From NCBI GenBank assembly GCA_038496445.1, contig JALMLS010000478.1, positions 89,506-153,505 on the forward strand: DNA of 64,000 nucleotides, in the 5' to 3' direction. The position numbers and the translations under genes are program-made. Below, piece by piece: positions 61,580 through 64,000 of the stretch (positions within the stretch are counted from its first letter, which is position 1; every line of letters begins with the position of its first letter). The notes below the pieces were generated by a model that did not search any database, was not told the origin of the DNA, and saw nothing but the letters and a program-made list of their open reading frames with translations. Source of the DNA: Trichosphaerium sp. ATCC 40318 (Eukaryota; Protista; Tubulinea).

Positions 61580-62107
61580 ATACTACTATTATTTAGTCAA
61601 TTACACGTTCACAATTCGATAAAAGTATTTTGTTCTTAAAGTGCAACCTAAAGTTAAAGAACTTCTAATCCAATCGCTTGGAAAAATCTGGCGCTGGTCA
61701 CAACTCTGGTATAAACGCTGTTAGTCGTATACTGAGAGAGCTGCAGCCCCTAGTTGCAGTAGCGAGACTTAAAGTAGTTTCACTATAGTCTAAACTACAA
61801 GATGGAACTGTAAGAAATAAGAAGCACCGTATGGTAAGATCATATCATTTCAAGGGTTGTAATTGTTTTCGTATTAAGGGAAAAAACGTGCAAGGAGTAT
61901 GGTTACAAGTTAAACGAGGTTGGTTATATTTCATCCGCAAATGTTACGCTTTTTTGAGGTTACCATTACCAGCCCACCCTTTCTGCTCATTGATTGATCA
62001 ATCCGTATCAGGTTTAAGTATGCTTAAGTCATGAGTGGTAAGTTGATTGATTTACTTCAACCTTTTACCGTACAGCACCGCAACACTACTTGTGCATAGT
62101 TATTATA

Positions 62108-63319
62108 ATGTCAAAAAAACGCTTAGTAACCGTAAATCAAAGGTACATACACTAAAATAAAATTATCGTTTCGTTTGTCTATTTTGTTGTTCTAATATCA
62201 AAAAGGAGACAACCAGGCATTCTAGAACTCCCTACAGAGATATTAGCTCTAATTTTGAAGCAAACAACAAAATCAAGATTTGCGGCTTGTCAATCTTGTC
62301 ATCATTTTGCATCAATCATTCACGACATCATCGGATACGAAAGTGTTGTTATTTCGACCATCGCACAAGCAAAAGCACTCTTAAAACATGCCAGCACTCT
62401 TAAGCAAACAAAGATCAATATTGTTAGTTACTCCTCTGATATTGTCAAAGAATTTGCTGGTGTTCATACGATAAACCTTTTTAACTGTGATATCACTGAT
62501 GACAGTATTAAAGCACTATCAGGTGTTCATACTATTACCCTTCAAAGTGATCGCATTACAGATGAGGATATCAAAGCACTTGCAGGAGTACATACAATTG
62601 CTCTTAGTTGTTGTGACAGTGTTACAGATGAAGGAATCAAAGCGCTTGCTGGTGTTCATACAATAAACCTTAGAGAATGCTTTGAAATAACAGACGAAGG
62701 TGTTAAAGCACTGGCCGGTGTTCATACAATTAATCTTGGATGGTGTATGGGTATTACAGACGAGGGCATCAAACCACTTGCTGGTGTTCATACTATATGC
62801 CTTAAAAGCTGTGAACTTATAACAGACGAAAGTCTCAAAGTGCTGTCAGGTGTTCATACCATAGACCTTTCAGGGTGCAAACTTATTACTGATGAGGGTA
62901 TCAAGGCACTTGCTGGAGTACACAGCATTACCATGAAGGAATGTGACCATGTAACCGATGAAGGTCTCAAAGCAATTTCAGGTGTCCACACTCTAGACCT
63001 TATGTGTTGCAATATTACAGATGAGGGTATTAGGGCAATTGCTGGCGATGTTCACACGATTAGTATTTATAGGTGTGAAGGCATCACTGATGAAGGTATT
63101 AAAATGCTTTCAGGTGTCCATTCTATTGACCTTGCATGTTGTGACAGGATTACAGATGAGGGCATCAAGGCACTTTCTGGTGTGCACACCGTTAAGCTTA
63201 AATTTATGGAAGGCATCATTGATGGTAAGGAAGCTCTTTCTGGTGTCCATTCCTTATATATTTTTAATGGCAACATCCTTTCATCTGAGGGTATCAGGGC
63301 ACTTTCTGGGCGTTTTTAG
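62108..63319 (+). CDS. F-box/leucine-rich-repeat protein, copy 2 (13 repeats)
   Basis: Exon 1, intron and F-box region nearly identical to 36501-36860; same repeat scaffold. Confidence 0.88.
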
Positions 63320-64000
63320 ATGTATTAGATACGTAGCAGCACTACAAACAAAGCTGAAGACTAAGTGGTATTGCACTCTCTATCTCCAACCACTCTGACA
63401 CTACAGCTTCTATCTATCCACTATCACATCTGACGTTGACTTCTACAACAAACAGTGCCATCAGTACAATATCAAAACTGTAATGTGCTGTTATTCAATA
63501 AAGTTTACAAACCAATGTTTGGGTGAATTGATCCAAGTGGTTTAGGATTGCAATGTTCTGTACATCTTGCAAGATGTGAAATTTTTATTTGCAATACTAG
63601 GCATATGTAAGTAGGGATCTAGAGCATGTGAATACATTGATGAGTAGTTTATATTTGCTCATTAAGCTCGAAATTGTTGTTTGCATTAAAGCAACAATAT
63701 CCGAAAGACTATTATAACTTGTTCTTTTGTTGGACAAAAGAACGTCCAAAAAATACGTGTGTCAGTGGACACAAGACAAAACAGCGTTTACTGTAAATGA
63801 CGATAGAATTCTAAGGCTTAGTCCCTACAAGAACTCTTTATTCAACAAGTTAAATGCGTGCAGTGCCAGCTTGTTTTGCCATGTACATGTAGACTTTGAT
63901 AATAAATTTATGGCACAATACATAGGGAAAGTAGCTAAAAGACAAAATTCTATCTAACGCTTGAGAACACCTCCCTGTTTTTTGCTCAATCACAAGTTGT

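Noticed and set aside
1-64000. Alternative genetic code, tRNA or rRNA genes
   Set aside because: Well-conserved genes translate with the standard code and end in TAA, TAG or TGA; no tRNA cloverleaf or rRNA sequence was recognised.

Overview
Eukaryotic nuclear DNA: AT-rich, gene-dense, with many short spliceosomal introns (donors mostly GTACGT/GTATGT/GTAAGT). The gene content (Frizzled-like and class C GPCR-like receptors, granulin, F-box repeat proteins) suggests an amoeboid protist, but this is inference. The window holds a CDC14 phosphatase, an M14 carboxypeptidase, a reprolysin-type metalloprotease, an arylsulfatase, a degenerate 14-3-3, three 7TM receptor-like genes, four F-box genes and four paralogues of a single-pass cell-surface protein family. 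One of those paralogues is hit by a 245-bp MITE and by a recent, full-length 6.1-kb Ty3/Gypsy element with identical 93-bp LTRs. The main points of interest are: (1) the surface-protein family and an F-box/LRR pair, in which scaffold and introns are nearly identical but putative exposed segments are hypervariable, a candidate diversifying recognition system; (2) a bacterial-type domain + calponin-homology + DUF6209-like fusion gene; (3) repeated GC-AG introns and a strong excess of CACGTG; (4) the very compact LTR element with its zinc knuckle out of frame with gag. Several frameshifts are single-base losses in homopolymers, so some pseudogene calls may be assembly errors. All gene models were built by eye and inner exon boundaries are approximate.
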